From contig NW_024704742.1 of the NCBI RefSeq assembly GCF_018977255.1, positions 123,196,001 to 123,260,000 on the forward strand: a stretch of 64,000 nt of DNA. Direction: 5' to 3'. A model generated the notes under the pieces. It ran no database searches, was not told the origin of the DNA, and saw nothing but the letters and a program-made list of their open reading frames with translations. Source of the DNA: Callorhinchus milii. Taxonomy: Eukaryota. Made by a program: the position numbers and the translations under genes. Shown here one piece after another: positions 11,575 through 24,267 of the stretch (positions within the stretch are counted from its first letter, which is position 1; each line of letters begins with the position of its first letter).

Positions 11575-11800
11575 TCCTCATGACTTCTCTGAGTAACGTT
11601 GCTAGTTGAGTCACATTGAGTTACAGGCTGTGGACCTAAACTCACAGGATTGCGGACTGTGATTGCCCAAACTCATTTCACAAAAGACCATTAGGGATGA
11701 CCAGAATAGAAGAGTTTTATTTCATCAAATTAGACTGCATTTGAATCCAAATCCCAAAGATGAAGACTACAGTTGATCATCACTATAATGAACCCCCTCG
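11575..11800 (-). mobile_element. LF-SINE-like fragment
   Basis: aactcatttcaca..gaccatt...gcatttgaatccaaatcccaaagatgaag resembles the reverse complement of the recalled LF-SINE 5' half; similar piece at about 21925-22050. Confidence 0.45.
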
Positions 11801-13234
11801 AGACCGGCAGAAAAGATTGTTATATCAGGGTACAACAATACAACAACTTGCATTTATATAGCGCCCTTCACGCTGGGTAGTGTCCCAGAGCACTTGGGTA
11901 TAGGATGCGTTATAGTGAGGTTTGACTGTACATTATAAGCCATTACACTCCCTGCTCTCTCTGTCTTGTGTTCTCGGTACACAGCTCAGAATTTAAGATG
12001 ACTAGAAGTAGCATCCAATGATGTGCTGATTTATTCTCCTGATATACGACTGGGTTCAAAGGGTTAAATTGGGGTCCACATTTCAGGCAGATTCAATCTG
12101 GAATCAAGTTACGTGCAAGCCCAGACTTTGTGGGTATAAAATACATTTTGGAGATGACATTCACAAAGGGCTAAAACCAATTAAAGTTATTAATTTCACA
12201 ATTAATTTTAAAATGCCAGGGTTCAATATTACCTTTTTAACTTCAGTTAATTGAATATTTTGACTTGTATTTTGCTGGATTCCAGCCTGAGGCATGTCTG
12301 TTACCTACCCAGGTTCTTTCGGTTTCAGGATCCAAGTGAGCTTTGGAAGTGAGTTTGAAGCATTCTCACACATGCACGAACTGTAACCAAGCTTGAGCGG
12401 AAGATAAAATGAGATGTAAATAAATCGCTGGGCGCAGCTTAATAAATCACATCTTTATATATGAGGAGTACAGTTACAGAATCCAGCTGCTGTTTTATGT
12501 CAATGCTTAATAATTTTCTTTCTTTAATGTTGAAGCCAAGACAAGAGATATAACACCATAACTGATTAGCACTAGACAGAGCAAGGTTTGTCTATGGGAA
12601 AGCAGGAGTGCAACCATCAATCTACTTTCAAATAAACAGGCCCATGTTAACAGCTCTTTAATCTGAAGTGGTTGGGTTCCACATTGAAATGGTGCAGCTT
12701 TAAATCATCCCCAACAAAAAAAACACACGACTTTCTCCCAGCACAAAACTGTCAAGAAGTGTCATTGATTATTATTTCTTCAATTTATTTTCCAAGGCTG
12801 AAATTAATATGTTTTTTTACTACATTTTCCAAAAATATGACGAGCCGTCAAAGAATACAAAGGGGTTCTGACCTCCAAATGACTTTTCTTTCAGCAGCAG
12901 GGTGCACAATTGGTCACAGTGTTCCAGGGCTAGAGAGAGAGGACAACAATTAGCGAGGGTTCCTGTTTCTAATTACTGTCCAGACATGGTCCGTTCCCCA
13001 TTTCCTACTCCCTGGTTCTCCCTTCCCTCCACCCATTCCCCTCCCTGAATTTATAGAGTTGGAAAAACATATGTCAGGAAAACAGCAGCTCAAATTGACA
13101 CTTGTCCTGGATAAAGTACTGTACATCTCATCCAGGGAACTTCTTGTAAGTCATGTACACTGTTTGAGCATTTCCACCATGGAAATGGCCTTGGAACTGA
13201 GTTCTTGCGAGTCGGCGTACTGTACTTTTTTTTT

Positions 13235-13505
13235 GAAAGGATGCAATGAGTTGGATGTTGATAGGATATTTGCACTTCTTGTTGAGTCCAGACGAGGGGG
13301 AATAAATGTAAAATAGCCGGTGCTGGATATAATAGGGAGCCCAGGAGGAGAGGTTGGTGAGATTGTGGGTCTCGCTTAAGGAAGCTGTGGCTCAAGCAAA
13401 ACCCATCAAAATATTTAAGAAACTTGATGATTATATGAAGGAAAAGGGATTAGTGGGATTATAGGTGGCGGGGGAATAGGATGAGGTGGGCCTTATGTGA
13501 GGTAT
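13235..13505 (+). mobile_element. CR1 LINE 3' fragment
   Basis: LKG..LDVDRIFAL..ESR.RG motif followed by a degraded CR1 3' UTR. Confidence 0.7.
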
Positions 13506-13509
13506 AATC

Positions 13510-14420
13510 ACCAACAACAACTTGCACTTGTATAGCGCCCTCCATGCAGGGTAGCATCTCAGAGTACTTACCAGTGGTGGAGCCTGATTCCAAGCCAGGT
13601 GGGGGAGAGGGGGCCATAAGCACGGTCAAAAAGGAAGGTTTTAAGGCAGGACTTGAAAAAGGAGAGAGAGAGGACAAGGCGGAGGGATTGAGGGAGAGTG
13701 TTCCAGAGTTTGGGGGCGTAGTTGCTGAATGTGTGACTTCCAATGGTGGAGCAAAGGGTGGGAGGGATGAGCAGGAGGCCAGTGTCATTCAAGTGGAGGT
13801 GCTGGGTGGTGGATTGAGGGGTGAGGAGTTTGGAGAAATAGGGAGGTGCCAGGGAGTGAAGGATTTGAACACAAATGTGAGGATCTTGAAGTCAATCCAT
13901 TCAGTGATGGGGAGCCATTGGAGCCTGGCCAAGACTGATGAGATGTGAGTTTGGTCCAGGTAAGTATGCGGACAGCAGAGCTCTGAATGAGCTGGATTTT
14001 TTGAATAGTGGAGTTGGGGAGACGGTCGAAGAGTGCATTTGAGTAATGCAGGCGGGAGGTGACAAATCATTCACAAGGGTTTCAGCTGCATTTGGAGTAA
14101 GGATCTGTCAGAGGCGGGCAATCTGGTGGAGGTGGAGGAAGGTGGTCCTAGTCAGGGACTGATGTGGGGAAGGAAGGACAGCTGAGGGTTGAACCGGAAG
14201 CCTAGATCACGCACTGATTCAGTGAGTCTGACGGAGAGCCCAAGAAGGTTGGGGAGTTCAGGTCCGCAGGAGTGATGTCATTGACAGGAGCCAAGGAGTA
14301 TGGCTTTGGTCTTGTCCATATTCAGCTGCTGGAAGTCTGCATCAGAAGACCCGGAGTCGCAGCTGGAGAAGACAAAGTAGATTTGTGTGTCATCCATATA
14401 CATACGTCTGTGAATGACGT
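13510..14420 (-). mobile_element. L2 LINE fragment, tail type 2
   Basis: Collinear with 271-1320 (LQWLPITEWIDFKIL, YAPKLWNTLPQSLRL, FKSCLKTFLFDRAY); (GTT)n tail at 13510-13525. Confidence 0.9.
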
Positions 14421-15560
14421 CAACAACAACAACAACAAAATTACATTTGTATAATGATGTCCGGAGGACATCCCAAGATGCTGGACAATCAGTGTTTTGG
14501 ACCCGAGCTGGGGGTTGGGATTGGGGAGGGTGGAGGGCAGGGGGGGAAGCAGGGTGATCGAAGGCACAGTCGAAGAGGAGGGTCTTGAGCCGGGTCTTGA
14601 AAGAGGCAAGGGAGGGGGAAAGATGGAGGGACTGTGGGATCGAGTACCAGAGGGTAGGGGCAGAGTGGCTGAAGACATGCCCGTCAATTATGTGGTGGGC
14701 AAGGCAGGGGACGTGAATCAGGCTGGAGCCTGCTGAGCGGAGGGAGTGGGCAGGTGGGTAGGGGGTTAGGAAGTCGCAGAGGTAGGGAGGAGCAAGACCG
14801 TGGAGGGCTTTGAAGGTGAGGACCAGGATCTTGAACTGTATCCTCTGTGTGATGGGAAGCCAGTGGAGTCGGACGAGGATGGGGTGATAGGATCACGGAG
14901 CCTGGTGCGGGAGAGGACACGGGCTGCAGAATTCTGGATGATCTGCAGCCCTTGGAGAGAGGAGTTGGGTGGCTGACAAACAGGGAGTTTGCATAGTCAA
15001 GCCTGGATGTTATGAATGGGTGTATGAGGGTTTCGGCGGCCTGCGGTCTGAGACAGTGGCGGAGCCGGGCGATGTTGCGGAGGTGGGCTCAGGCAGAGCA
15101 GCTCATGGCATGGATGTGGGGTAGAAAGGATAGTTGAGGGTCAACCAAGATGCCAAGGTTCTGGAACTGCTCAGTGAGGTGAAGTGCGAATTCTTGGATG
15201 GTGATGCTGTCAGTGTGGAGGCGCTGACGGGAGCCAATCAGGAGAGCCTCGGTCTTGTTGACGTTCAACTGAAGAAAGTTAGCTTTCATCCAGGGATGAC
15301 TTGATGATTAGCAACCAGCAGCATTTAAATGAGGAAAGGGGCTAAGAATGGAGACCTCAGGTGCCCTGCAGATGACTGGGCGCAGGTGGGAGGAGAAACC
15401 ATTTGCCGAGATGAAGTGGAGGCAGTTGGTTGAGTAGGACTCATACCATGTGAGTGCAGTCCCACTAAGGTGGATGAGGGAAAAGAGAAGGATAGGATGG
15501 TCGACTGTGTCAAACACGGCAGAGAGATCCAGGAGGACAAGGAGACAAAGGGAGCCCCGA
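14421..15560 (-). mobile_element. L2 LINE fragment, tail type 1, internally deleted or chimeric
   Basis: MKANFLQLNVNKTEALLIGS, FDTVDH-ILL; collinear with 38985-40030 up to about 15300, and the YADD segment is missing. Confidence 0.9.
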
Positions 15561-16469
15561 CTTTATTTCAGACTTTGAAATATATATATTAGATCAGTAT
15601 TTTAAAAAATTATTATACAACATGTTTTTTTGCTTGTGTGTGTGTGTGTATAACAAAAACAGTTCTCTTCTTGTATTGCTTTGAATGGAGTGCCAGACTT
15701 GCTCTACTGCTTCCTCTGAAAGGAAATGTTTGACTTATTGGGTACTTCAGCTCCGGGTCTTTTCCTTTTATTGAGTTAGAATGCAGTGAAAAGCCTCAAG
15801 AAACAATCATGAAAGTCAGTGCTCTTTCTCTGGGTTGTTAAACCAGGATTAACCAGATGCCCAGCAGTTGGTTTCCTTGGAAATCTTTCCTGGTATGTGC
15901 TCCGTTGCACTGGAAGCAATTAATTGGTCTTGTACTTCTATTCAAATATCTTAGTCAAGAAATCCACTTACATTTTGTAAATTATAGAGATAAAGTATCG
16001 AACCACATTCCACATGTATAGTGGTTTATTTCCGTCCTCTTTGTGAATACCCAAGTTGTCCCAGTTTGAGTCATTTTTGTTTCTAAAGGTTGAATCCTTT
16101 ACAACAAAGCCAACTGAGACGTATAGAACTTTTTTTAAAAGAACATTAAGAATGTAATCTGATGGTGGGTAAATTAATTCTGTGGGACAGTACAGTATTA
16201 AGCCATGTACACTAGGAAAGTTTATTTTCCCTTGCCCCTGGTCTGTGTTGAGTTAGCTAGTCTTGATTGAGTAGGAGAGGATGGATACACCAATAAGTAG
16301 CATGTCTCTAGGAAAGGGAGAAGGGAAAGAGGGAGAAAATGCTTTGTGATGGGATAGTTTTATGTGGGCTATGGAAGGAGCATTCTTCATTGGTTGAAGC
16401 CCCTTTGGATCATACAACATTCTCTAGTGTTCTTTATGTGTTCAGACTGGTTCAGTTGGAAGCACTTGC

Positions 16470-17470
16470 ATAGTTTAGGCTGACATATCAGTGCTGTGCT
16501 GGAGTTGTGCCACATTGTTATGAAAACTATTGGTCTCATCCATTGTTAACCGGATGAGATGTTAAACTGAGGTTTCCCTTGTTCAGGTGGACATTAAAGA
16601 TTCCACAGCATAACATAACATGTAGGAGCAGGAGTAGGCCATTCGGCCCTTCGAGCCTGCCCCGCCATTCAATCATGGCTGATCTTCTAATCTAACTCCA
16701 GCTAATAACCTGACCCTGCCTTATCCCCATATCCCTTAATCTCTTTTGCAATAAGAAATCTATCTATCTCAGTCTTGAATATGTTCAAGGACTGAGCGTC
16801 AAAAGCCCTTTGGGGTAGTGAGTTCCATACATTCACCACCCTTTGAGCGAAGAAGTTCTTCCTCAACTCAGTGCGAAAGGGCTGTCTCTGATTTTAAGGT
16901 TGTGACCCCTGGTTTTAGTTTCTCCAACCAGGGGAAACAATCTCCCACTATCTACTCTATCATGCCCTTTGATGATCGTATAAGTTTCTATAAGATCCCC
17001 TCTAATTCTTCTATATTCTAGAGGAAATAGGCCCAAATTGGTCAGCCTATCCTCGTAACTCATCCCCTTCATCCCTGGCACTAACCTAGTAAATCTACGC
17101 TGCACCCCTTCCAAGGCAAGTACGTCCTTCCTTAAATGAGGAGACCAAAACTGGACGAGTTATTCCAGGTGTGGTCTCACCAGGGCCCTATACAGTTGCA
17201 GCAAGACTTCCCTACTCTTATACTCTAATCCTTTCATAATGAATGCTAACATATTCATGAGGCAGTACTCAATAAGGCAAAGGAGTTTATTCTGATTTCC
17301 AAGCCAATAAATCCCCCAAATAAAAAATGGTTACTCACTTCATGGTTGTTTGTCGGACATTGCTGTGCGCAAATTAGCTGCTGCATTTGCCAACAAATGC
17401 GCAGACACTACACTGTATCTTCAATTATATAACGCCTTTCATGTTGAGAGGACATCTTAAAACACTTTAC
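16470..17470 (+). mobile_element. Family B (SacSINE1-like) SINE split by a CR1 insertion
   Basis: gatgagatgttaaactgagg...aaagattccac ends at about 16608; the body resumes at about 17256. Confidence 0.65.
16609..17255 (-). mobile_element. Young CR1 (HER1-like) LINE 3' end
   Basis: EGVQRRFTRLVPGMKGMSYEDRLTNLGLFPLEYRRIRGDLIETYTIIKG-DRVDSGRLFPLVGETKTRGHNLKIR; 3' UTR ctcgaagggccgaatggcctactcctgctcct and (TTATG)n tail. Confidence 0.93.
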
Positions 17471-19539
17471 ACTGCTGTAACGCAGTGGGTACCTGAGCCA
17501 AAGAGTGGTAACTGAAGAGGGTGGGGAGGGGAAAGATGCCCGAAAGCATGTTCACAGAGATATGTCTCAAATCTATATCCTGTGAAATGCTACAAAAGGT
17601 GCTTCAAAAATGCAAGTATTATTATTATAGAGATAGGAAACACAAATTCTGAAATAAAGACAAAAATTGCTGGCCATTTGCAGCAGATCAATTGTAGCTG
17701 AAAGAGCTTCGGATGTGGTTTCAAACGAAAGCAACAACTGACTGTTAACCTAGCAATTTTAGCTACTGATCACCCTTCTGTCTGTTAACTGTTTTATTCA
17801 AGATGTGGTAATTGTGCTGTTTGTCCAGAGCTCTATCATGCAGTGTGTAATTAAACACAACACTGGTCCAATATCTGGACAAAGGCTCACATTTGTCTCA
17901 AGGGAGAGTAGCGTGTGTGTAAGTTTGGTGAGTGACAGTAATGGGAATTTTTATGGACATCGCACAAGTCTGTCTAGGGGATGAAACCATGAACTCCAGA
18001 AGGTTGTCAGTTCATGCCAGCTGTGACTTCTACTAAAAGTGCCAGTTATTGCAGGATGGCCAAGTGCTAGCTATTGCCCAGTGCTGGAAGATGGGTTTTT
18101 AATTAGCACCAGAACAACAGCAGTGATCGATTTTAATGCTGGAAAGACATTCCCACAGGCTGTGTCTCACTGTGCATCCAATCATAAAACAGTAGGACTA
18201 GTGAATCTCATAAAATCGTCAAATAGTGCAATTCAACTGTGAAACTGTTAGCTCGGAACCTGTCCAATTTTTCTGAATTCCGAAGGATATGGGTAAAAGC
18301 ATTAGATTCATTTTGCAGTGCTGAGCAGTTTTTAAAATAAATTGCAGCGTTATTCACAAGTTAGCTGGTTCATGTCAAACTTCCACATATCATGATTTGT
18401 GACAAACTTCTAACTTTGTTGGCTTCTTTGTTCTAACCTTTGCACTTTAATCAATCTTTTTCTTCTAACCTGGTGCACTGATAGCCACGCAATCCCTTTC
18501 AAACCCAAATCTCAGCTCATAGCAGCATCAATGATCAAATTATTGTGAAAATTTGCAGAATTTGAAATCCAGAAATCCACCTAACTGGAGCCTATAAGAT
18601 CATCTTTTCTTACCTTTGAGCACATTGAGACTTCCTCCTGACATGAAACTCTGTATAAATGTAAATTGATTTGATTTAAAATTTAATATCACACTGAATT
18701 TTAGGAAAATCTTGAATTCAAACTTTATTTAGAAGCTGGTTCTTTTCAAAAACTACAAAACAACCCAATAAATAATCCTTTTATTTGAAATAGTATCTGA
18801 TATTACACTGTCAAAACTTTTACCATAAAGTGTGCAAACTGTATTTGTAGGCAAACACCTTTGTAACTTAAATAAAATAGCTGGAGATCATTAATAATAG
18901 GACCTACTCATAGTTATCTATATGGAAATCAGGTCAAACAGGATTATTGTCACACCTCGACAAACAATTGACCAAGCATTTTGTCAGATCTGATGTACAA
19001 CAAAACTCATGTTGGGATAAATTTACTTTGAATTGAAAAATGCCATTACATCACTTGATACAATTCTAATGGATGGCTTTTCCTCTCCACAATGGCAACA
19101 ATAATGTCTAAACTGCAGGTTTAAACTCACGCAGTTGCCTTTAATTATGCAATTAATCAATCAAAAGTGTTTCTGGTAATTCATTGATCCATTTGATTGA
19201 TAATTTTACCAGGAAATGTGGTTGAGGCCATAGCACAGATAGATACTTGTTCAAGAAAAAACTTAACGCTGTAACAAGGGAGAGGATGTGTAATCGTGAA
19301 GGAGTCAGGTTGCGTCACTGTTAAGTGCTCTAAGATGCTACCCTACATGGAGGGTGCTCTATAAGTGCAAGTTGTTGTTGGATAAAATGAAATCGACTGA
19401 AATGCCTTTTTCATCCAGATCTCTATTGCGAATTATGTATCTCAAGACATCTGTTTACCTTCAACCCACATTTTAGAACCTCATGCCTCTTTAAATGATA
19501 TAAGGATACAAGGAGTAGTGAGGGGAGATGATTGGGTTA

Positions 19540-19990
19540 AAGACAAAAAGTGTTTGAAACCCACAAAATGAATCTAAGAGAAATAGAAGAAAAAGGGGGA
19601 ATTTAAGAAAACAAATTGCCATGGATATCGAGGAAAATAATAAGACTTTTCTGGCTATATTCACTGCAGGCAGAGGATTAGGGAACAGTTTCAAACAGCC
19701 TTTGAGAGATTAAGTAGACAGATAAGTCGAAGAACCAAGATACAGCTGAGCTTGTAAGCAGAAGAGACTGGAATTAAGGCAGATTTCAATGGAGATAGCA
19801 TTAGAAAAAGACAAGCACCAGTATTTGACAAAGTGCCAGGACATGATGCCATGCAACTGAGAATACTTAAAAAGATGTAAGAGATAAACACACAGAAAGG
19901 CTTTGCTTAAATCTCTTGCAGCATGTTTCTAAGAAATAAAAGATAGCTAATGTGATTTTGATTTTTAAAGACAAAATAGAGGAAATAATG
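19540..19990 (+). mobile_element. Degraded CR1 ORF2 fragment
   Basis: Remnants of IA.DIEENNKTF..Y and DKVPGHD..(HPR)ILK motifs with many stops. Confidence 0.5.
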
Positions 19991-20224
19991 GTCTGTGAAT
20001 TACACACCAGAGGGCCTGACCTCCATGGCAATAACATATACTTGATTATTATGATATACACAATTCAGCCTCATCTTGTGGGTAGGAGATCATGCTGAAC
20101 ATTTTTATAGGATGTGACTTCTATTGTGTTTATATTGATCCTAAGTGTTCAGCCATCAAAATCCATGCTGCCCTGTTTACATTGCTATCTTCCAGCTGGC
20201 AACCTCCACACCATTTTATTATTC

Positions 20225-20890
20225 TTTTGGTCAGCCGGGTGTCCGATACGTGGGGAAACCCATCAACATGTTTAAGAGTATACAAACCAAACTGAGAGTT
20301 CTATGTATCCTACCTATACCTAGAAATTCCCAATATATTGGCAATATATTTGTTGGAATGAAATGCATACTCTCTCCCTGGAGGGATGCATCCAGCTTAC
20401 CTAATTCTGGAGAGTAATAGGCACAGGTTGGCAAGAGCCAAGGCTTGAAGACCCCAGAGTGTGCGATGGGATACTGCTGGAGTCTAACCAGCTAAAATCG
20501 CACAGCTTGCGATTGTCGCAAACTTTCCCGCTGCTTGTTCAGCTAGGACCACCCTACCCCTTAGGGCTTTGGCTTGAGGGTTAATGGGAGCTGAGTGGGA
20601 AGATTCCCTGCCCCAGTGACTGATCTGTCCTTGTCTTGGACTACCGAGATCGCCACAGAGGGTAGACTCGATACTGACATTCTATTTTCAAACATGTCAC
20701 TTTGGAGCCAGTTTCAACCCTGAGGAGACCTGTTTACCTCCCCCTCCCACCCCCACCTGCCCCCACCGGAGGACAGTCACAAGTTGGTCATTTGGTCATT
20801 TGATATCCGACAAGCACAGGTTTGAGCTTGCACTAGGTGGTGGCAGGACCCAGGAACTCCCAGATTCCGAGTGGGCAACACAGCATGAAA
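20225..20890 (-). mobile_element. Unclassified interspersed repeat (family D), longest copy
   Basis: About 370 bp align by eye with 30785-31165 and about 170 bp with 52860-53030. Both longer copies abut a T-run (poly-A on the minus strand). Strand is inferred. Confidence 0.7.
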
Positions 20891-22599
20891 TGTATAAAAG
20901 CATTACTCACAGCTCGGACACCACATCCCTTCCCATTGAGCAATGGTTCCACAAGTTAGAAGTGCAGAGCTTGATCAATAGCTACTTACCTCTCTATGTA
21001 ACTGTTCTTCCTGTGTAATGTTGGCAGGTTAATAGATTTTTGTTCCCTGAAAACATTGGGAATACACTCTTAGATTTAAGACAAGATGTCTCACTCTGGA
21101 ACTCTATTCTGGAGTTCCTTCAACTTCACTTGCATCTTTCAAGGTCCACCTCAAGACCTTCCTCTTTGACCATGCTTTTTGCAATTTCTCCCCTCACCCA
21201 TCCCTTTGCCTCCCCACTCCCATTGGCTCCCACTTCTGTCCAGTGCTTTGGGAATTCCTACCGATGTGAAAGGTGCTATTTAAATGTAAATTTCTTTTGT
21301 ATTGGAAGATGTTAAAAACTGGAATGATAGTGGCATGAGAGGAGATATACCTCTGGTATTAACCCATTAGATTGTTGGACTAAATCTTTGTTCTTAATCT
21401 CCAGCCCTGCATCTTATATTATTTGTTGGATATCAGATAAGGCTAAAAAAAACTAGAAGAACCAACATGTGGTTACGTTTATGTGGAAAAGGGATGAAAA
21501 ACATTGCCAATGAAAGGATGGATATGGACTGCAGGGCAGGCCAGATGCAGGGGATAAGGTTTGAGGCCCCATCAAAAAACCGAAATATACAACACAATAA
21601 ATTTTCATTTGTCCTACAAACTGCTTACTCTCCTCTCTCATTTGCAGTTTAGCTCCTGCCAATGCGGTTTTCTCTCAATGTCAAGCTGCTCTTTTTATAA
21701 CCAAATAATCAACTTGGCGGGTTAGTCATTTATTTTTTTCCCCTTCTCTTGTGTAACAAATATTTGTGTACTAGTTTGTGCCTGTTTGAAATAATTTGTG
21801 TAGCCTATAGCTCCCAAGTTGATAATTCTATTTATTTGTCCAATGTCTTTGTAATGTGATACAATAACAAATAAATATAAATTTAATATGCTGGTAGCAG
21901 TCATGACCTGGTGACCAAACCTCAACTTGCACAGTACCCTTATGTTTGGCAGAGAGGAGAAAACTTTATCCCACCAATCTGGCCTGCGTTTGAACCCAAG
22001 TTCCTCTATTAAAATAAAACAAAACTGTTTTAACTCATTGAACCATTCAATGCCTCTTTATTTTATATCTAGCTGCTTTCACATTTTGCCTAGATATTGT
22101 TAGATCAATTTCTTCATTTGTAAAGTTCCCACTCCCACCCCAAACACCCTCCAGGTTGTAAATTAGTTTCTCTCACTTTCGCAGATTACCCACTGAATGA
22201 AGTAGTTTTCCTTAACAATCAGCTTGGGAGACGGGGTGCAGTGGGTGGGGGTGGAGAGGGTGGGGTGGAAAGAACGGAAGTCTGTGTGACTCCACCTTGA
22301 ATTCTCCTTCCATTGCACTCCAGGATGAGATAAAATACTCAATAAACCATTATTAATTTCACATCAGACATTGTCTGAAATATGTGTCTAGCAGATATGT
22401 TTTCCCAAGCAGTGAAATTGAAAGTCAGGAATGATGCACAGCATTTGTTAAGAATCACACTCATCAGGAATGACAATGTAGAAACCCATTGATTTTCCAC
22501 TACCAGCTGAGTAAAAAGAGATCAGACCACCGCCTAACATTTAGAAAGAAACAGTAAAATATTGTTTGCATACTGAAAGAAAGATATTCTATGTTTGTT

Positions 22600-22790
22600 T
22601 AGTTCAATGGGCAGCATTCTAGTTTGTGGGTCAGAAGATTGTGGGTTTGACCTCCACATTAAGACTTGAGCTTACAATCTTGGCTGAGACTCCAGTATAG
22701 TACTGGGGAGTGCTGCAGTGTCAGAAATGCTGTCTTTTGGATAAGACATTAAACTGAGGACCCAGATAGCCTTTAAAGATCGCATGAACC
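22600..22790 (+). mobile_element. Family B SINE 5' half
   Basis: gtcagaagattgtgggtttgacctccac...ggataagacattaaactgagg...aaagatcgcatg. Confidence 0.7.
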
Positions 22791-23065
22791 AATAAAAGAG
22801 AAGAGTTTGTTGGTCTCCAAATTAATTGTCATTCACAGAAGAGAGAACAGAAGCAAGGGTGTTACCTTTTGTTTTATGGCACGTGGAGGAAGAAAGTGCT
22901 ATATGTGCTTAGGCATGTTTGGAGTACCCAGGGGGAAGTAAATCCTTCCGCAGTTCAGACAGGAGACTGGTTTGCTGCCTTCAGGCCCCTAACCTGCTGA
23001 CATTTTAAAGTTTAATGAAAGTCCTATAGGATTGAAATTGTTGGGACTGAAATGTAAACTGAAAT

Positions 23066-23303
23066 AAAAACCAAAAACAATAATAAATTGGTCATTTTCA
23101 ATCTACGACTGTTTGTGGGACATTGCTGTGCGCAATTGGCTGCCGCGTTCGCCCACAAATATACAGTCAATTCACTTTACAGTGTGTTCTGTGAAGCGCT
23201 TTGGGACGTCCTCCCGATGTGAAAGGCGCTCTATAAATGGAATCTTGTTGTTGTTGTCCTCCCGACGTGAAAAGCGCTATATCAAATGCAAGGATTATTA
23301 TTA
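23066..23303 (+). mobile_element. 5'-truncated young family A SINE with an L2 tail inserted inside its own tail
   Basis: Body matches other young copies; 23208-23257 matches the L2 tail 6719-6768 at 49 of 50 positions. Confidence 0.92.
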
Positions 23304-23599
23304 AACTTATCTTGCCCATTCCTGCCTCAGGAGAATTTTCAACAATTTTAACAACCAATTTAGTTTGGTTGTTTAGCTAAGTTGTTTAGCATATTTCTGA
23401 AACGTTAGTATATGTGTAAATTTGGGTAGGCAGCATTATGCTTTGTTGTTTAATGCACTTCATAAAGCGCTTCTCATATAGGATAACGGTTCGAAAAGTT
23501 TTACGAAGATTGTGTGGAAATCCAAGCAAGGTGGGAAGTGGGGGAGGAGTGGTTAGAGGGAGTTGACAAAATGCCTCTACATTATAGGTGCTCGACGAG

Positions 23600-23935
23600 G
23601 ACAAGGTTAGCTTGTTCGCCTTGCAAGCAAGAGGGCCTGGATTTGATTCCCGAGCCGGGCGAAACCTTGGGCAAGTTTCCTTACTCCAAAGGCATCTGTT
23701 TACCTAGCAGAAAGTTGGAACTGGGCTGTTTGTTGATTGGCAGATCAGTTTCTGGGGGTAATAATTTACAACTGTTTGTGGGACACTGATCTGCACAATT
23801 GGCTGCTGCATTTCACCTATAAAATACACAGTCCGTCCACTTCATAATATATTCTGTGAAGTGCTTTGGGAAGTCTCAATTACGTGATAAGGCTCTAAAT
23901 CAAATGAAAGGATTATTATTATTTTTGTTATCATT
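23600..23935 (+). mobile_element. Older family A long-form SINE
   Basis: Head ttcgccttgcaagcaagagggcctggatttgattccc, central tgtttacctagcag block, tail. Confidence 0.85.
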
Positions 23936-24267
23936 ATTAAGGGTTTTAAAAGCAGAAACGGGAGGTGCTAGGTGAAAAGATTTTGCACTATAGAGACCAG
24001 GGGTGTAGTAGCTGAAAACTTGGCCTCCAATGGTAGGCAGAGGGAGAGGTGGAGTACAGTATATGGAGTTGAGTTTACAGAGTGAAGGGAATGGGTGGGA
24101 GAGTGAGGCTGGAGTTGATTGCAGAGGTAGGGTGGTGGCAAGAGAGTGTGGAAGGATTTAAATGAATATCTAGAATGAATATCACAAGATCATAACAATT
24201 CACTGGTTGTCAGTGGAGCCTGGTGAGCATGCGGGTTAAACAGTGCATGTCATTATAAGTCAAACAG

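Noticed and set aside
17640..17800. Possible second, degraded Penelope-type palindromic element
   Set aside because: Only weak terminal resemblance and no intact CUGANGA/GAAA arrangement; too diverged to call.
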